A stretch of 64,000 nucleotides of DNA from an uncultured Nitrospiraceae bacterium (GTDB lineage Bacteria > Nitrospirota > Nitrospiria > Nitrospirales > Nitrospiraceae). The stretch covers positions 2,752,001-2,816,000 of the forward strand of contig CAWJWJ010000002.1 in assembly GCA_963846575.1 (NCBI GenBank). Direction: 5' to 3'. Positions 41,523 to 51,620 of the stretch are shown here, piece after piece; the stretch's first letter is position 1, and each line of letters opens with the position of its first letter. The position numbers and the translations under genes are program-made. The notes under the pieces were generated by a model. That model did not search any database. It was given only the letters and a program-made list of their open reading frames with translations, and was not told where the DNA came from.

Positions 41523-43901
41523 CTAGCGTCGGCCGCTCCACTGCCAGTTGCGGATCTCCGGCATATCGGTGCCATACTTCGCGATGAACTCCGTATGCCG
41601 GATGCGCTTGTCACGCATGTCCTGTTTGAGGTAGGCCGCACAGGCGCCGAGTTGAGGCACGCGGTCCACGACATCGGCCACGAGGTGAAAGCGGTCCAGA
41701 TCGTTCAGCACCACCATGTCGAACGGCGTGGTCGTGGTGCCTTCTTCTTTGTAGCCCCGCACGTGAAGATTGTCATGATTTGTCCGCCGATAGGTCAGGC
41801 GGTGAATCAGCCAGGGATAGCCGTGAAAAGCGAAGATGACCGGCTTGTCGGTCGTAAACAGGGCATCGAACTCTTTGTCCGTGAGTCCGTGCGGGTGTTC
41901 GCTGGGAGGCTGCAGCTTCATCAGATCGACGACATTAATGACGCGGACCTTCAGATTGGGCAATGCGTTGCGCAGGATTTCCACCGCCGCCAGGGTTTCC
42001 ATGGTCGGCACGTCTCCGCAACAGGCCATCACCACGTCCGGTTCATTGCCGCGGTCGTTGCTGGCCCACTCCCAGATGCCGATTCCGGCCGTGCAGTGCA
42101 GGACCGCCGCATCCATGTCCAACCACTGCGGAGCCGGCTGTTTGCCCGCCACGACCACATTGACGTAATCGCGGCTGCGCAGGCAGTGGTCCGTCACCGA
42201 GAGGAGCGTGTTCGCATCGGGCGGCAGATACACGCGAATCACCTCGGCCTTTTTATTCACCACATGATCGATGAACCCCGGGTCTTGATGGCTGAATCCA
42301 TTGTGGTCCTGCCGCCAGACATGCGATGTCAGGAGATAATTCAGGGAGGCGATCGGCCGTCGCCAGGGAATCTCGCGCGAGGTCTTGAGCCATTTCGCAT
42401 GCTGATTGAACATCGAATCCACGATGTGAATGAACGCCTCATAACAACTCATAAACCCATGGCGTCCGGTTAACAGGTAGCCTTCCAGCCATCCCTGGCA
42501 TAAATGTTCGCTCAGGATTTCCATGACACGTCCATCCGGCGCGACATGTTCATCGGTCTTCAGTGTCTCCTCCATGGAACAGCGATCGGTCACCTCGAAA
42601 AGCGGCGTCCACCGGTTGGAGGCGGTTTCGTCCGGTCCGACGACCCGGAAGTTCGTCTGGTTCATCTTCAGGATATCGCGCAAGAACAGACCCTGAACTC
42701 TCGTGGCCTCGGCCTGTTCGGCACCCGGCTTCGTCACGGGCACCGCATAGTCCCTGAAATCAGGCATACGTAGATCGCGGAGCAGGCTGCCGCCGTTCGC
42801 GCAAGGAATCGCACCCATGCGCCGGGCACCTGCCGGAGCCAACGCGGCCAGTTCCGGCATCAATGTCCCTTTGTCGTCAAACAACTCCTCCGGCTTGTAG
42901 CTTTTCATCCATTCTTCCAGCAGCAGCACATGTTCAGGCCGGTCCATATCTCCCATCGGGACCTGATGGGAACGGAAACTGCCCTCCACAGGCTTCCGGT
43001 CCACTTCCTTCGGCCCCGTCCATCCCTTCGGTGTCCGCAGGACGATCATGGGCCAACGCGGCCGGCCGGTCGCCCCCTTCGAGCGGGCCTCCTGCTGGAT
43101 GCGCCGGATCATCGCCGTGACCTCGTCCAGGGTGGAGGCCATGAGTTGATGCATCTCATCCGGATCGTCGCCTTCGACGAAGAAGGGCTGGTGGCCGTAC
43201 CCGACCATCAAGGATTCGAGTTCGTCCGGCGGCATCCGCGCCAGCACGGTCGGCCCGGCAATTTTGTAGCCATTCAGGTGGAGAATCGGCAGGACGGCCC
43301 CGTCCCGGGCGGGGTTGAGAAACTTGTTCCCATGCCAACTCCCGGCAAGCGCGCCGGTTTCGGCCTCTCCGTCTCCGATCACGCAGGCCACCATGAGATC
43401 AGGGTTATCAAATGCCGCTCCGTAGGCATGGGACAGCGCGTACCCTAACTCACCGCCCTCGTGAATGGATCCGGGGGTTTCCGGCGCGACGTGGCTCGGA
43501 ATCCCGCCGGGAAAGGAAAATTGCTTGAATAAGCGCTGCAGGCCTTCTTCATCCTGAGAGATGTTGGGGTAGACTTCGCTGTAGGTCCCTTCCAAATACA
43601 CGTTCGCGACAATCCCCGGCCCTCCATGCCCCGGTCCCGTAATGTACAGCACCGGAAGATCCTGCTCCTTGATGATCCGATTGAGGTGGACGTAGATAAA
43701 ATTCAATCCCGGCGTCGTTCCCCAATGGCCGAGCAGCCGCGGCTTGATATGGTCCCGTTTCAAAGGCTGCTTCAACAGCGGATTATCCAACAGGTAGATC
43801 TGTCCGACGGATAAATAATTCGCTGCGCGCCAGTACGCATGGATGCGTTGGACCATCTCGGGGCTGAGTGCCTGCTTCGCCTGCTGATTCGTTTGGTTCA
43901 T
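41523..43901 (-). CDS. xfp: xylulose-5-phosphate/fructose-6-phosphate phosphoketolase
   Basis: [35 protein letters not shown] motif GDGEAETG and [10 protein letters not shown]. Confidence 0.97.
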   Translation of the reverse strand: MNQTNQQAKQALSPEMVQRIHAYWRAANYLSVGQIYLLDNPLLKQPLKRDHIKPRLLGHWGTTPGLNFIYVHLNRIIKEQDLPVLYITGPGHGGPGIVANVYLEGTYSEVYPNISQDEEGLQRLFKQFSFPGGIPSHVAPETPGSIHEGGELGYALSHAYGAAFDNPDLMVACVIGDGEAETGALAGSWHGNKFLNPARDGAVLPILHLNGYKIAGPTVLARMPPDELESLMVGYGHQPFFVEGDDPDEMHQLMASTLDEVTAMIRRIQQEARSKGATGRPRWPMIVLRTPKGWTGPKEVDRKPVEGSFRSHQVPMGDMDRPEHVLLLEEWMKSYKPEELFDDKGTLMPELAALAPAGARRMGAIPCANGGSLLRDLRMPDFRDYAVPVTKPGAEQAEATRVQGLFLRDILKMNQTNFRVVGPDETASNRWTPLFEVTDRCSMEETLKTDEHVAPDGRVMEILSEHLCQGWLEGYLLTGRHGFMSCYEAFIHIVDSMFNQHAKWLKTSREIPWRRPIASLNYLLTSHVWRQDHNGFSHQDPGFIDHVVNKKAEVIRVYLPPDANTLLSVTDHCLRSRDYVNVVVAGKQPAPQWLDMDAAVLHCTAGIGIWEWASNDRGNEPDVVMACCGDVPTMETLAAVEILRNALPNLKVRVINVVDLMKLQPPSEHPHGLTDKEFDALFTTDKPVIFAFHGYPWLIHRLTYRRTNHDNLHVRGYKEEGTTTTPFDMVVLNDLDRFHLVADVVDRVPQLGACAAYLKQDMRDKRIRHTEFIAKYGTDMPEIRNWQWSGRR

Positions 43902-43972
43902 GAGTTCCCTCTTTCAGGTGCAAATGGTCCGTCACGCCTCGCACGCCACCGGTGGCGGCGACTGCCCATAGA

Positions 43973-45178
43973 TCAATGACTTGAGTGGGATGCCAGCAAC
44001 CGGCAGACGGATCGCGCAATCTGACTTTCTTCATCGGTGCGCATGACCCGTACCGTCACCCGGCTCTTCGGGGTGGAAATGACCGCAGCCCCGGCCTCAT
44101 TGCTGACCTGATCCAGTTCGATACCGAGAAACTCCAGGCCCTCGCACATACGAGCCCGCACGACGGGAGCATGTTCGCCGATTCCCCCGCTGAACAGGAG
44201 TTGATCAAGGCCGCCCAACGCCGCTGCATAGGCCCCGATCTGTTTCTTCCCGTGATAACAGAACAAGGCCACGGCTTCGGCCGCGCGCACGTCCCCGGTC
44301 TCCCGCTCCAGCAGGTCACGCATATCCGGGCTCGTCTCCGACAGCCCGAGCAGGCCGGAGCGGGCATTCACGAGGTCCTGAAACTGTTCCGCCCTCATGC
44401 CCTCAGCCAGTGACAAATAGGAAAAGAGACCAGGGTCCAAGTCGCCGGACCTCGTGCTCATCGGCAGGCCCGAGGCAGGGGTGAATCCCATCGTCGTATC
44501 GAGGCTCGTGCCGTCTCGCACCGCGGTCATGCTGGCTCCGTTTCCCAAATGGGCCAGGATGATCCGGTTGCGAGCAACCTCAGGCCCGGCGATCCGCTCC
44601 AATTCCTCCATCAGGTACGCATAGGACAAACCATGAAACCCATAGCGCCTCACCCCCAACTCTTCATAACGCCGCGGAATGGCCAGAACCCGAGCGACGC
44701 GCGGCAAACGTTGATGGAATCCCGTATCGAAACAGGCCACCTGCGGCACCTGCGGATACTGTCGACCAAAGGCTTCGATCAAGGTGATTTCGGCCGGCAG
44801 ATGCTCCGGATCGATCGGGCTCAGCCGGTGCAATTCCTCCATCACCTCGGGCGACAGCAGCGCAGGATCTGAGAATCGACTTCCCCCATGCACGACGCGG
44901 TGCCCGACGGCCTGAACCGGGACGCCCTTGACGCTCCTGCCCAGCTGGTCGATCAGGACTGGCACGGAAGCGGCATGGTCCGCCACCTGAACGGTTCGTC
45001 GATCGGTCCGGCCGGTCTGCGCATCGACGGTTTTGAGGAGTCCGTCTGAAAGGCCGATCCGTTCGATCGCCCCTCCCGTGAGCCGGACCGGCGGGGAGGC
45101 GCTGCGAAACAGCGCCCACTTCACGCTGGACGATCCGGCATTGAGCGTGAGGATGAGGGACGAATCGTCATGCGTCAT
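43973..45178 (-). CDS. ackA: acetate kinase
   Basis: LNAGSSSVK, GHRVVHGG, FDTGFH, RRYGFHGLSY, HLGNGAS and TDEE. Start moved to ATG 45178. Confidence 0.95.
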   Translation of the reverse strand: MTHDDSSLILTLNAGSSSVKWALFRSASPPVRLTGGAIERIGLSDGLLKTVDAQTGRTDRRTVQVADHAASVPVLIDQLGRSVKGVPVQAVGHRVVHGGSRFSDPALLSPEVMEELHRLSPIDPEHLPAEITLIEAFGRQYPQVPQVACFDTGFHQRLPRVARVLAIPRRYEELGVRRYGFHGLSYAYLMEELERIAGPEVARNRIILAHLGNGASMTAVRDGTSLDTTMGFTPASGLPMSTRSGDLDPGLFSYLSLAEGMRAEQFQDLVNARSGLLGLSETSPDMRDLLERETGDVRAAEAVALFCYHGKKQIGAYAAALGGLDQLLFSGGIGEHAPVVRARMCEGLEFLGIELDQVSNEAGAAVISTPKSRVTVRVMRTDEESQIARSVCRLLASHSSH

Positions 45179-45367
45179 GTGCACCTGGTTCCCACGATAG
45201 AAGGGCTGCAGAACGAGCGCAAGCTTAAAATCCCATCTGGCAGCATGAATCAGGGGATGACCGTCAGGCGCCGCATCGAAAGTTCGATATGACTGTGACA
45301 CAGTCTCTTCGATGGGCGTGACCAGGGAAGCCCCCAGTTTTTTCCTATCTTAAAAGGAGTACAGTGC

Positions 45368-45667
45368 GTGGTTATGATTGCTCCTCTATTGGTAACGGTG
45401 CTGGTGATGGCAGGAGGCCTCGGTGCAGCGGGAGCGGTGCCCCAATCGCTGGCGCAGATGGCTCTTCTCGGCGGCACGATTGTGTCGATCGATGAAGCCG
45501 GGATTTCGATCACCCTGCGAATGCCGGAAGGACACGTCCGATCGTTTGCAGCTAAGGACCGGCGCCTCCTTCAGGGGCTCGCTCTGGGGGACCACATCAG
45601 CTTCGAACTCGGCGACAACGATACGATCATCACACTGACGAAGCTCCCGACCGATCCCGCAAACTGA
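45368..45667 (+). CDS. small exported protein (OB-fold-like)
   Basis: Signal peptide followed by GTIVSID..ITL..GL.LGDHI. AGGAG RBS. Confidence 0.6.
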   Translation: MVMIAPLLVTVLVMAGGLGAAGAVPQSLAQMALLGGTIVSIDEAGISITLRMPEGHVRSFAAKDRRLLQGLALGDHISFELGDNDTIITLTKLPTDPAN

Positions 45668-45778
45668 ACGTTGCACGGGACCAGGCCGCTCCGGTTCCAC
45701 GTACGCCGTCCGCGGCCCGACAGGAGACCGGTCAGTGCGAGTTCGCCCGGGCGCGATCCCCGGCCCCTCCGCTTCCCG

Positions 45779-46720
45779 CTACTGCCGGTAGCACCAGGAG
45801 CTGTCCTCCAGACAATCTCGCAACCAGTGGGCCGGTTCGAATGAGTCCGCCAGGGGCGCGACCGATTGGTAGGCCTGGTAACTCCAACGGACAGGATCCT
45901 GTTTCATCAGGAAATCCGCCTGCAACAGAGCGCCAAGCATGTCCGGCACCTTCGATAGTCTCAAGGTCCGGTGTGAAGACGGCACCAGGCGCGCCGGGAT
46001 GAGTTCGAAGTTAGCGTGGGCTTCCTGGCCGCTGCTATCGTGAATGCTGACGCGCACGAACTGTTCACGCGACGCCCCGCCAGGCATCGGGATCTGTATC
46101 CGCTCTGATGAGACTCCCTCTTTTTTGAACAGCACGCGATGCGTGGCATCTGTCGAGACCAGTTCGACGCCATACGGCGGCTCCCCGCCCTTCCAGGCTA
46201 GAGACCACCCGGTCAGATCGTTTGCCAGTTGACTCATCCCCCCTTCCAGCAGGGGAATCACCAGGGGTTCATCCTCCCCACGGCTGCTGGTGCTGGTTTT
46301 GGTCACCCTTCTCACCTGCTGCGCCGTGAGGCGGCTGCCGAGATCCATGAGCAACGTGCCCAGACGCATCAAGAATCCAGGCGGTGATTCGGCAGGGGGG
46401 ACGACATACGGAGACTCCTTTTCGGTGACCGTGATCCGGCGGTTCCCGCATCGGAGCAGGACCTTATTCCAAGGTCCCTGCACCACGACCCGGTCCCCCG
46501 GCCGGACGGGCAACAGCAAGGCCAGCGATACAGGCGCCTCAGCTCGTTGCAGAGAAAAAGCCGTCATGTCGCCGACCAGTTGTTCGACGTAACCGACCGC
46601 CGTGCGAACGTCGGCCGTGGATTCGGCGCGCGACAGCCCCGTCCAGCCTGTCGCTCCCAGGACCAGCGCCAGCATGCACGAGAGGAAGTTCAGAGGCAGG
46701 GACGACGATTGATTACTCAT
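45779..46720 (-). CDS. exported hypothetical protein (FecR-like N-terminus, DUF928-like C-terminus by pattern)
   Basis: 313-aa ORF with a signal peptide, an ATGA overlap with the upstream CHASE2 gene, and a low-complexity linker TKTSTSSRGEDE. Domain names are by eye only. Confidence 0.72.
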   Translation of the reverse strand: MSNQSSSLPLNFLSCMLALVLGATGWTGLSRAESTADVRTAVGYVEQLVGDMTAFSLQRAEAPVSLALLLPVRPGDRVVVQGPWNKVLLRCGNRRITVTEKESPYVVPPAESPPGFLMRLGTLLMDLGSRLTAQQVRRVTKTSTSSRGEDEPLVIPLLEGGMSQLANDLTGWSLAWKGGEPPYGVELVSTDATHRVLFKKEGVSSERIQIPMPGGASREQFVRVSIHDSSGQEAHANFELIPARLVPSSHRTLRLSKVPDMLGALLQADFLMKQDPVRWSYQAYQSVAPLADSFEPAHWLRDCLEDSSWCYRQ

Positions 46721-48396
46721 GGTGTAGCCCGCGGGCGGATATGCTCCCGTTTGATTTTGGGAGATTCGACGTTGAAGTCAATGAACCGGCCATAGGCCTG
46801 GAGAACCAGCAACGGAAACACGACGTCCAGCCACCAGCCATACTGAAACAGCCACAGACTGACCGGCACCAGCAACACGTTGACGACGAAACGAGCCACC
46901 CGGGTTCCCCACGATTTGGTGAAGTAGGAGAATGACAGGCTGAAGGCGGCCACAATGGCGATCAGGATGGCCCATCGCATGCCGACGTTCAATTCCAGAA
47001 TCTGGCCATACTCCAGCAGCGCGTTGATCTCATTGATGACGATGAGAGCGCCGGACATCTCGCCCAGCGGGGTCGCGTGACTATCACCCGCCCTCGCGTA
47101 GCTCGATCCGATCACGACTATTTTGCCCGCCAGCCAGTCCGAACTGAGAGGACGCGCCGGTTGAGGATCGGTGATGATGGAGGCCTGCACCTGCGAGAAA
47201 TACTCGGCTTGTACGGACCCGGGGTAGAATTTATAAAAAATCCGCTGTTCGAGATCCGTCAGATGCGGACTTATGACGACCGGACGGGGGAGCACGCTAT
47301 CGCTCAACCGCCATTCCTGATGGGCCTGGCGATGGGCCGATAACGCCACGGCGCCATTGCCGTCGAGGCACTGCCCTGCCGGGGGTCCGAATCGACGCCG
47401 CAATTCGGCCAGAAATCTTTGAACAGAAAATGGTTCGCCGTCCATGGGCGGTTGGCGGATCAACGCCCACGAGAGGAGTGCCACGGAGGGCACGACATTG
47501 GGCGCCTGCTCCAAACAGGTCGGCTCGTAGAGACGCCAGCTTCGCAACACCCCGTCCTCATCCCGCTGAATGAGAGACGAAGCCCAGTGCAGCACCGGAG
47601 ATGGCTTCACCACGGTTTCCAAAAACTCGGACGGCCGTTCCTCGTAAAACAGGCCGGAGCCGTCGCCCTCCCCCGCTGCGGAGCCCTCCATCCCCTCCGG
47701 CATGTTGTGACGCAAAGACTGGCCAATGGTGCGGACAAAAATGATCTGGGTGGGTGACTGCTTCCCGACGGCTGACGCCCTTCCGGCCTCTGCCGATGCC
47801 TGCGAATAGGTGTGCAGGTAGTCCGCGAGTGAGGCATCCGGATCGGGAAGTGTCTGGCGAGCGGGGGCAGGACCCGGTGCAGGCTGTAACGGTCCGACAT
47901 ATTTCACCAACTCGATATCCACCACCAATAGCTTGGCGTGCGCCTCGACGACGAACTGAATCAGCCGCAGGAGCTTATCCCGCGGAACGAACAACGGTTC
48001 GTTCCAGCCTTGATGGGACTGCTCATCGATATTGACGAAGACAAATCGTTCCAGCGGGGAATGTTTGTGGGCGGGGCGGTCCCTCCAGAAGCTGATCGCC
48101 CAATCGGTGGCGGCGGTTTCCGCGAGATTGAAGGCCGGCAGGTACGGGCGCGCAACGGAAAGAAAGATGGCGGCTCCGAGACCGATGACCAGACTCTTCA
48201 GGAGATGCTGCGCGAAAGGCGGAAGACCGTGCCAGAGCCTGACAGCCGGTGCCGAATAAGGACTAAGCGGGCGCGCCGCTCGTTGGAGCGTGTGTTTCAG
48301 CCGTCCCAGGATATTGAAATAATCGACCACGAACCGCCTCGTGGAATCTCTGATCAGCTCGCCCCGTGTCCGGGGCCCATCGCACGTCAGCTCCAA
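46717..48396 (-). CDS. CHASE2-domain membrane sensor without cytoplasmic output domain
   Basis: N-terminal TM, FVFVNIDEQS..W..PRDKLLRLI..LVVDI, DEDGVLR, LAGKIVVIGS..DSHATPLGEMSGALI..N, three C-terminal TMs and a ~25-aa tail. The start is uncertain. Confidence 0.88.
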   Translation of the reverse strand: MELTCDGPRTRGELIRDSTRRFVVDYFNILGRLKHTLQRAARPLSPYSAPAVRLWHGLPPFAQHLLKSLVIGLGAAIFLSVARPYLPAFNLAETAATDWAISFWRDRPAHKHSPLERFVFVNIDEQSHQGWNEPLFVPRDKLLRLIQFVVEAHAKLLVVDIELVKYVGPLQPAPGPAPARQTLPDPDASLADYLHTYSQASAEAGRASAVGKQSPTQIIFVRTIGQSLRHNMPEGMEGSAAGEGDGSGLFYEERPSEFLETVVKPSPVLHWASSLIQRDEDGVLRSWRLYEPTCLEQAPNVVPSVALLSWALIRQPPMDGEPFSVQRFLAELRRRFGPPAGQCLDGNGAVALSAHRQAHQEWRLSDSVLPRPVVISPHLTDLEQRIFYKFYPGSVQAEYFSQVQASIITDPQPARPLSSDWLAGKIVVIGSSYARAGDSHATPLGEMSGALIVINEINALLEYGQILELNVGMRWAILIAIVAAFSLSFSYFTKSWGTRVARFVVNVLLVPVSLWLFQYGWWLDVVFPLLVLQAYGRFIDFNVESPKIKREHIRPRATP

Positions 48397-48513
48397 CCCT
48401 GGAGGCGCCAGCCCTTAGCCCCTGCAGATTTACGGCGACAGTGTACCAAAACGAGACGGAGTTCTGGTACCATCTCTCTGGCGCGGTGTTCAGAATCTGC
48501 GCGGAGCCGACTC

Positions 48514-50850
48514 ATGAAGCGCGTTCGTGTCTCCTTCAGGCATCTCCTCATCCCGTTGCTGCTCGTCGCCTTCAGTCTCCCTGTCAGCGTTACCGCGGAA
48601 GTCCGGCGGGCGCTCCTGGTCGGAATCGATCAGTATGATCGCGGCCGCTCTCCTTTGACGGACCCCTCCTTCTCCGGCACTCCTGGCCGCCGAACCTGGC
48701 AGAATCTTCAAGGGTCGGTGAACGACGCCACCACCATGCGGGAGGTGCTCATCCACCGGTTCGGGTTTCATGACGCAGACATTCTGATGTTGACCAATGA
48801 GCAGGCGACGCGCGCCAACATCCTCACTGCTTTTCAGCACCATCTCATCGACGCCGCGAGGCCGGGTGATCTCAGCGTGATCTTTTATGCAGGGCATGGG
48901 TCCAGGATTTACAACTCACGCTCCCCGGAACTCGATCGGAGGGACGAAACGATCGTCCCTGCCGATGCCAACCTGAACACCGATCCCAAACGCATCATCG
49001 ATATTCGGGATAAGGAATGGGACCGGCTCTTCACGCAGGTGCTGGACCGCGGGGCCAAACTCACGGCGATTTTCGACAGTTGCCACAGCGGCTCGATCTC
49101 CCGGGGACTCATCCCCATGACCATGGGTGTCCGCTCACTCCAGGAGGACGCACGGGATGTCGCCTTGCTGGTTGGACCTGAACCGCCTGTCCACGCACCT
49201 GGCCGGGAACCGGAAAAACGCGAGGGAGCCCTCATTGTCTCAGCCGCACAAGAAGACCAGCCGGCGCGGGAGGCGGCCCGCCGGGTCGGAGAGCGCAAGG
49301 AATGGCACGGCGCGTTCACCCTCGCGCTGGTCGATACGCTGAATGAACTACCGTCCACTGCGACCGCCCAGCGGGTCTTCGACCAGGTCACGGCCAAACT
49401 CAAAGCCGGAGGCCACAATCAAGACCCGGAACTCGCAGGCCCCCCGACGAGTCGCCATGCGCCGTTGTTCGGAGGCACAGTCGATGGGCACGAGCATGCG
49501 CTCCGACTCAATGTCGTGCGCGCCTATGGATCAGACAATGTCGAGATGCAGGGGGGAACGGCTTTGGGGCTGACCGTCGGAACGGAACTGGTCCGGGCCG
49601 CCGGGACATCAAACCGCGGATCCCTACGGCTGCGCATCAGCAGCGTGCGCGATCTGCTCGTCAGCCAGGCGATGGTTCTCCAGGGGTCGTGGAAGGACCT
49701 CAGGCCCGGCGACGAGTTCGAAATCGTCCACCGCGGCAGTAGCACCGACAGACCATTCCGGCTCTGGCTCCCGCCCACGACCGATGATGTCTCCGGTGCC
49801 CTGCGCCTGGCATCGGATCTACGCGGGGCCCTGCCCTCTTCAGCCACCTGGGTGGAAGATCCGACCGTCACGGCCCCCACCCATCTGATCTTTTGGAACG
49901 GGGCGGAATGGATCCAGAGCCCGCCGTCGAAGCTCCCGGTGGCGCTGGGACCCCGGCCCACCGTCGCACAGATCATCGGCTCGCTCGCAGCGGACAGCTC
50001 ACCGATCAAACTCTTTATGAATATTCCGCCATCCCGTGCGTTTCGCGAACGGCTGACCGGTCCCGGTCTCCCGGCAGAGTTCGCAGCCGAAGTGACGCGC
50101 GATGCGGACGAAGCGGATTACGTTCTGATCGGCCGTGCCCTCTCCGAGCAGAGTGAGCATGCCTGGGCGCTCCGCGCGTTTTCGGCGACTGCCGCCACCT
50201 CATCGCGTACGTCTCCCATGCCTCTGCCGGTTCGAACTGCCTGGGGGAGCGAGAGCACACATCACGACACCTGCCAGGCGGGAGGCCTCCGCGACTGCGT
50301 TTCAAGATTGGCAAAGTTACACCATTGGTTGACGGTCAAGGGACCTGAGGACAACGGACGGTTTCCCTACCGGCTCGGGTTTGAAGCACTCGCGAACAGG
50401 ACTCTGGTGACGGTGGATACCCTGGTAGCCGGATCCTATCAACTACTGCTCAATGGCGATCTGGAGTCGGTCCGCCGCGTGCAGGACTCGTGGGGCATAC
50501 AGTCACGATATGTCTATGTCTTTGTGATCGACCAACAGGGGCAATCGACCCTGCTGTATCCCAACGATTCCTCCCAGGACAAGGAAAACTGGCTCCCGAC
50601 CCCTGCTCAGCTCAAGCAGGCATCCACGGCCGCTGTACGGATCTCCCTGGGAGGGAGCGGGACCATGACGGTACATGAACCCTTCGGCACCGACACCTAC
50701 ATTCTGCTGACTTCCGTGCGACCCATTCCACATATCAAAGAACTGGTGGAATCGGAGGGAGTCGTGGGCAGGCAGGATCCCATGCGGGGACAGGGGGATT
50801 GGTCGATTGATCGTCAATTTGTACTCAGTGCGCCCGGCATGAGTCACTGA
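48514..50850 (+). CDS. exported caspase-like (C14) peptidase with C-terminal DUF4384-like domain
   Basis: Signal peptide, RALLVGIDQY..NLQGSVNDA, FYAGHGS (His), IFDSCHSG (Cys) and C-terminal YVYVFVIDQQG..LLYPN. Start ATG 48514; the ORF-track extension is antisense to CHASE2. Confidence 0.92.
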   Translation: MKRVRVSFRHLLIPLLLVAFSLPVSVTAEVRRALLVGIDQYDRGRSPLTDPSFSGTPGRRTWQNLQGSVNDATTMREVLIHRFGFHDADILMLTNEQATRANILTAFQHHLIDAARPGDLSVIFYAGHGSRIYNSRSPELDRRDETIVPADANLNTDPKRIIDIRDKEWDRLFTQVLDRGAKLTAIFDSCHSGSISRGLIPMTMGVRSLQEDARDVALLVGPEPPVHAPGREPEKREGALIVSAAQEDQPAREAARRVGERKEWHGAFTLALVDTLNELPSTATAQRVFDQVTAKLKAGGHNQDPELAGPPTSRHAPLFGGTVDGHEHALRLNVVRAYGSDNVEMQGGTALGLTVGTELVRAAGTSNRGSLRLRISSVRDLLVSQAMVLQGSWKDLRPGDEFEIVHRGSSTDRPFRLWLPPTTDDVSGALRLASDLRGALPSSATWVEDPTVTAPTHLIFWNGAEWIQSPPSKLPVALGPRPTVAQIIGSLAADSSPIKLFMNIPPSRAFRERLTGPGLPAEFAAEVTRDADEADYVLIGRALSEQSEHAWALRAFSATAATSSRTSPMPLPVRTAWGSESTHHDTCQAGGLRDCVSRLAKLHHWLTVKGPEDNGRFPYRLGFEALANRTLVTVDTLVAGSYQLLLNGDLESVRRVQDSWGIQSRYVYVFVIDQQGQSTLLYPNDSSQDKENWLPTPAQLKQASTAAVRISLGGSGTMTVHEPFGTDTYILLTSVRPIPHIKELVESEGVVGRQDPMRGQGDWSIDRQFVLSAPGMSH

Positions 50851-50930
50851 GTTCTCCGCGGGGCTTGACTGGGCGCCGGACTTTCTTTATAGGACTGCTG
50901 CCGACGAACACATCCACCAGAGGGTCCCCC

Positions 50931-51557
50931 ATGCGTATCCCCTCCTCTCGTCACTCGTGGCCTCTGGTTGTCGCCTCCCTCTGCCTCTTAGGGGCCAGCG
51001 GGTGCCCCGTGCAAGCCGGCTGTGGAGTATCCGGCGGAATGCCAGGGACGCAACAAGGCTTTGGCGCCCAAAGCTGGACCTGCCAGGCATCGGTTCAAAT
51101 TGCCAAGGGCGCGACCATCAGCAGTCCCGGCCCGGTCAAGAGAGAACTGCTGGCCAAAAAGGAATCGGCGAACGTCCAGATCGCCAGCCTGCGGAACGAG
51201 TTGTCGCAGTCGGAGGAACGGGGATTCGGGTTCAGCGGAAAAGACGGCGGCGGCGCGGCGGACGACACACAACGCACTGACGAGCTCACCAGTAAAATTA
51301 GCCGACTGCTCGATTCGACTGAGCAGCTGGACCAGGGGCTTAAAGTGCTGGAAGCCTTGACGCCTCCAGCCGGCAGTTACTCGCTCGACGATGGAAATTG
51401 GACCGTAAACGGCGATCGCGTGACCTTCCAGACGAAATCGCCCTACATTCCCAGCAAAAACGTCACCATCCCCTACGTCATCCGATCCCCGCAAGGCGAA
51501 CTGATCGAAAGTGGATTTCTGCCCATAGAATCGGTCCGGGTCGAACAACAACCCTAG
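50931..51557 (+). CDS. hypothetical lipoprotein with coiled-coil hairpin
   Basis: Signal peptide ending GASGC, a Cys pair, two heptad helices separated by EERGFGFSGKDGGG, and a beta-rich C-terminus. Confidence 0.65.
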   Translation: MRIPSSRHSWPLVVASLCLLGASGCPVQAGCGVSGGMPGTQQGFGAQSWTCQASVQIAKGATISSPGPVKRELLAKKESANVQIASLRNELSQSEERGFGFSGKDGGGAADDTQRTDELTSKISRLLDSTEQLDQGLKVLEALTPPAGSYSLDDGNWTVNGDRVTFQTKSPYIPSKNVTIPYVIRSPQGELIESGFLPIESVRVEQQP

Positions 51558-51620
51558 GTTCGCTCCGGCAGAGGACCCGGCTCACGTGGATGGAGTTCGA
51601 CGCTCCACAAAGAGGCTGCT

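Noticed and set aside
40788..42473. 561-aa plus-strand ORF (also 7370-8818, 29860-31101 and many similar ORFs)
   Set aside because: These are antisense shadows of well-supported genes, expected in GC-rich DNA, with no recognisable motifs.
47938..48513. 192-aa N-terminal extension of the 970-aa caspase ORF
   Set aside because: It is antisense to the CHASE2 gene. A signal peptide begins at ATG 48514, which is the plausible start.
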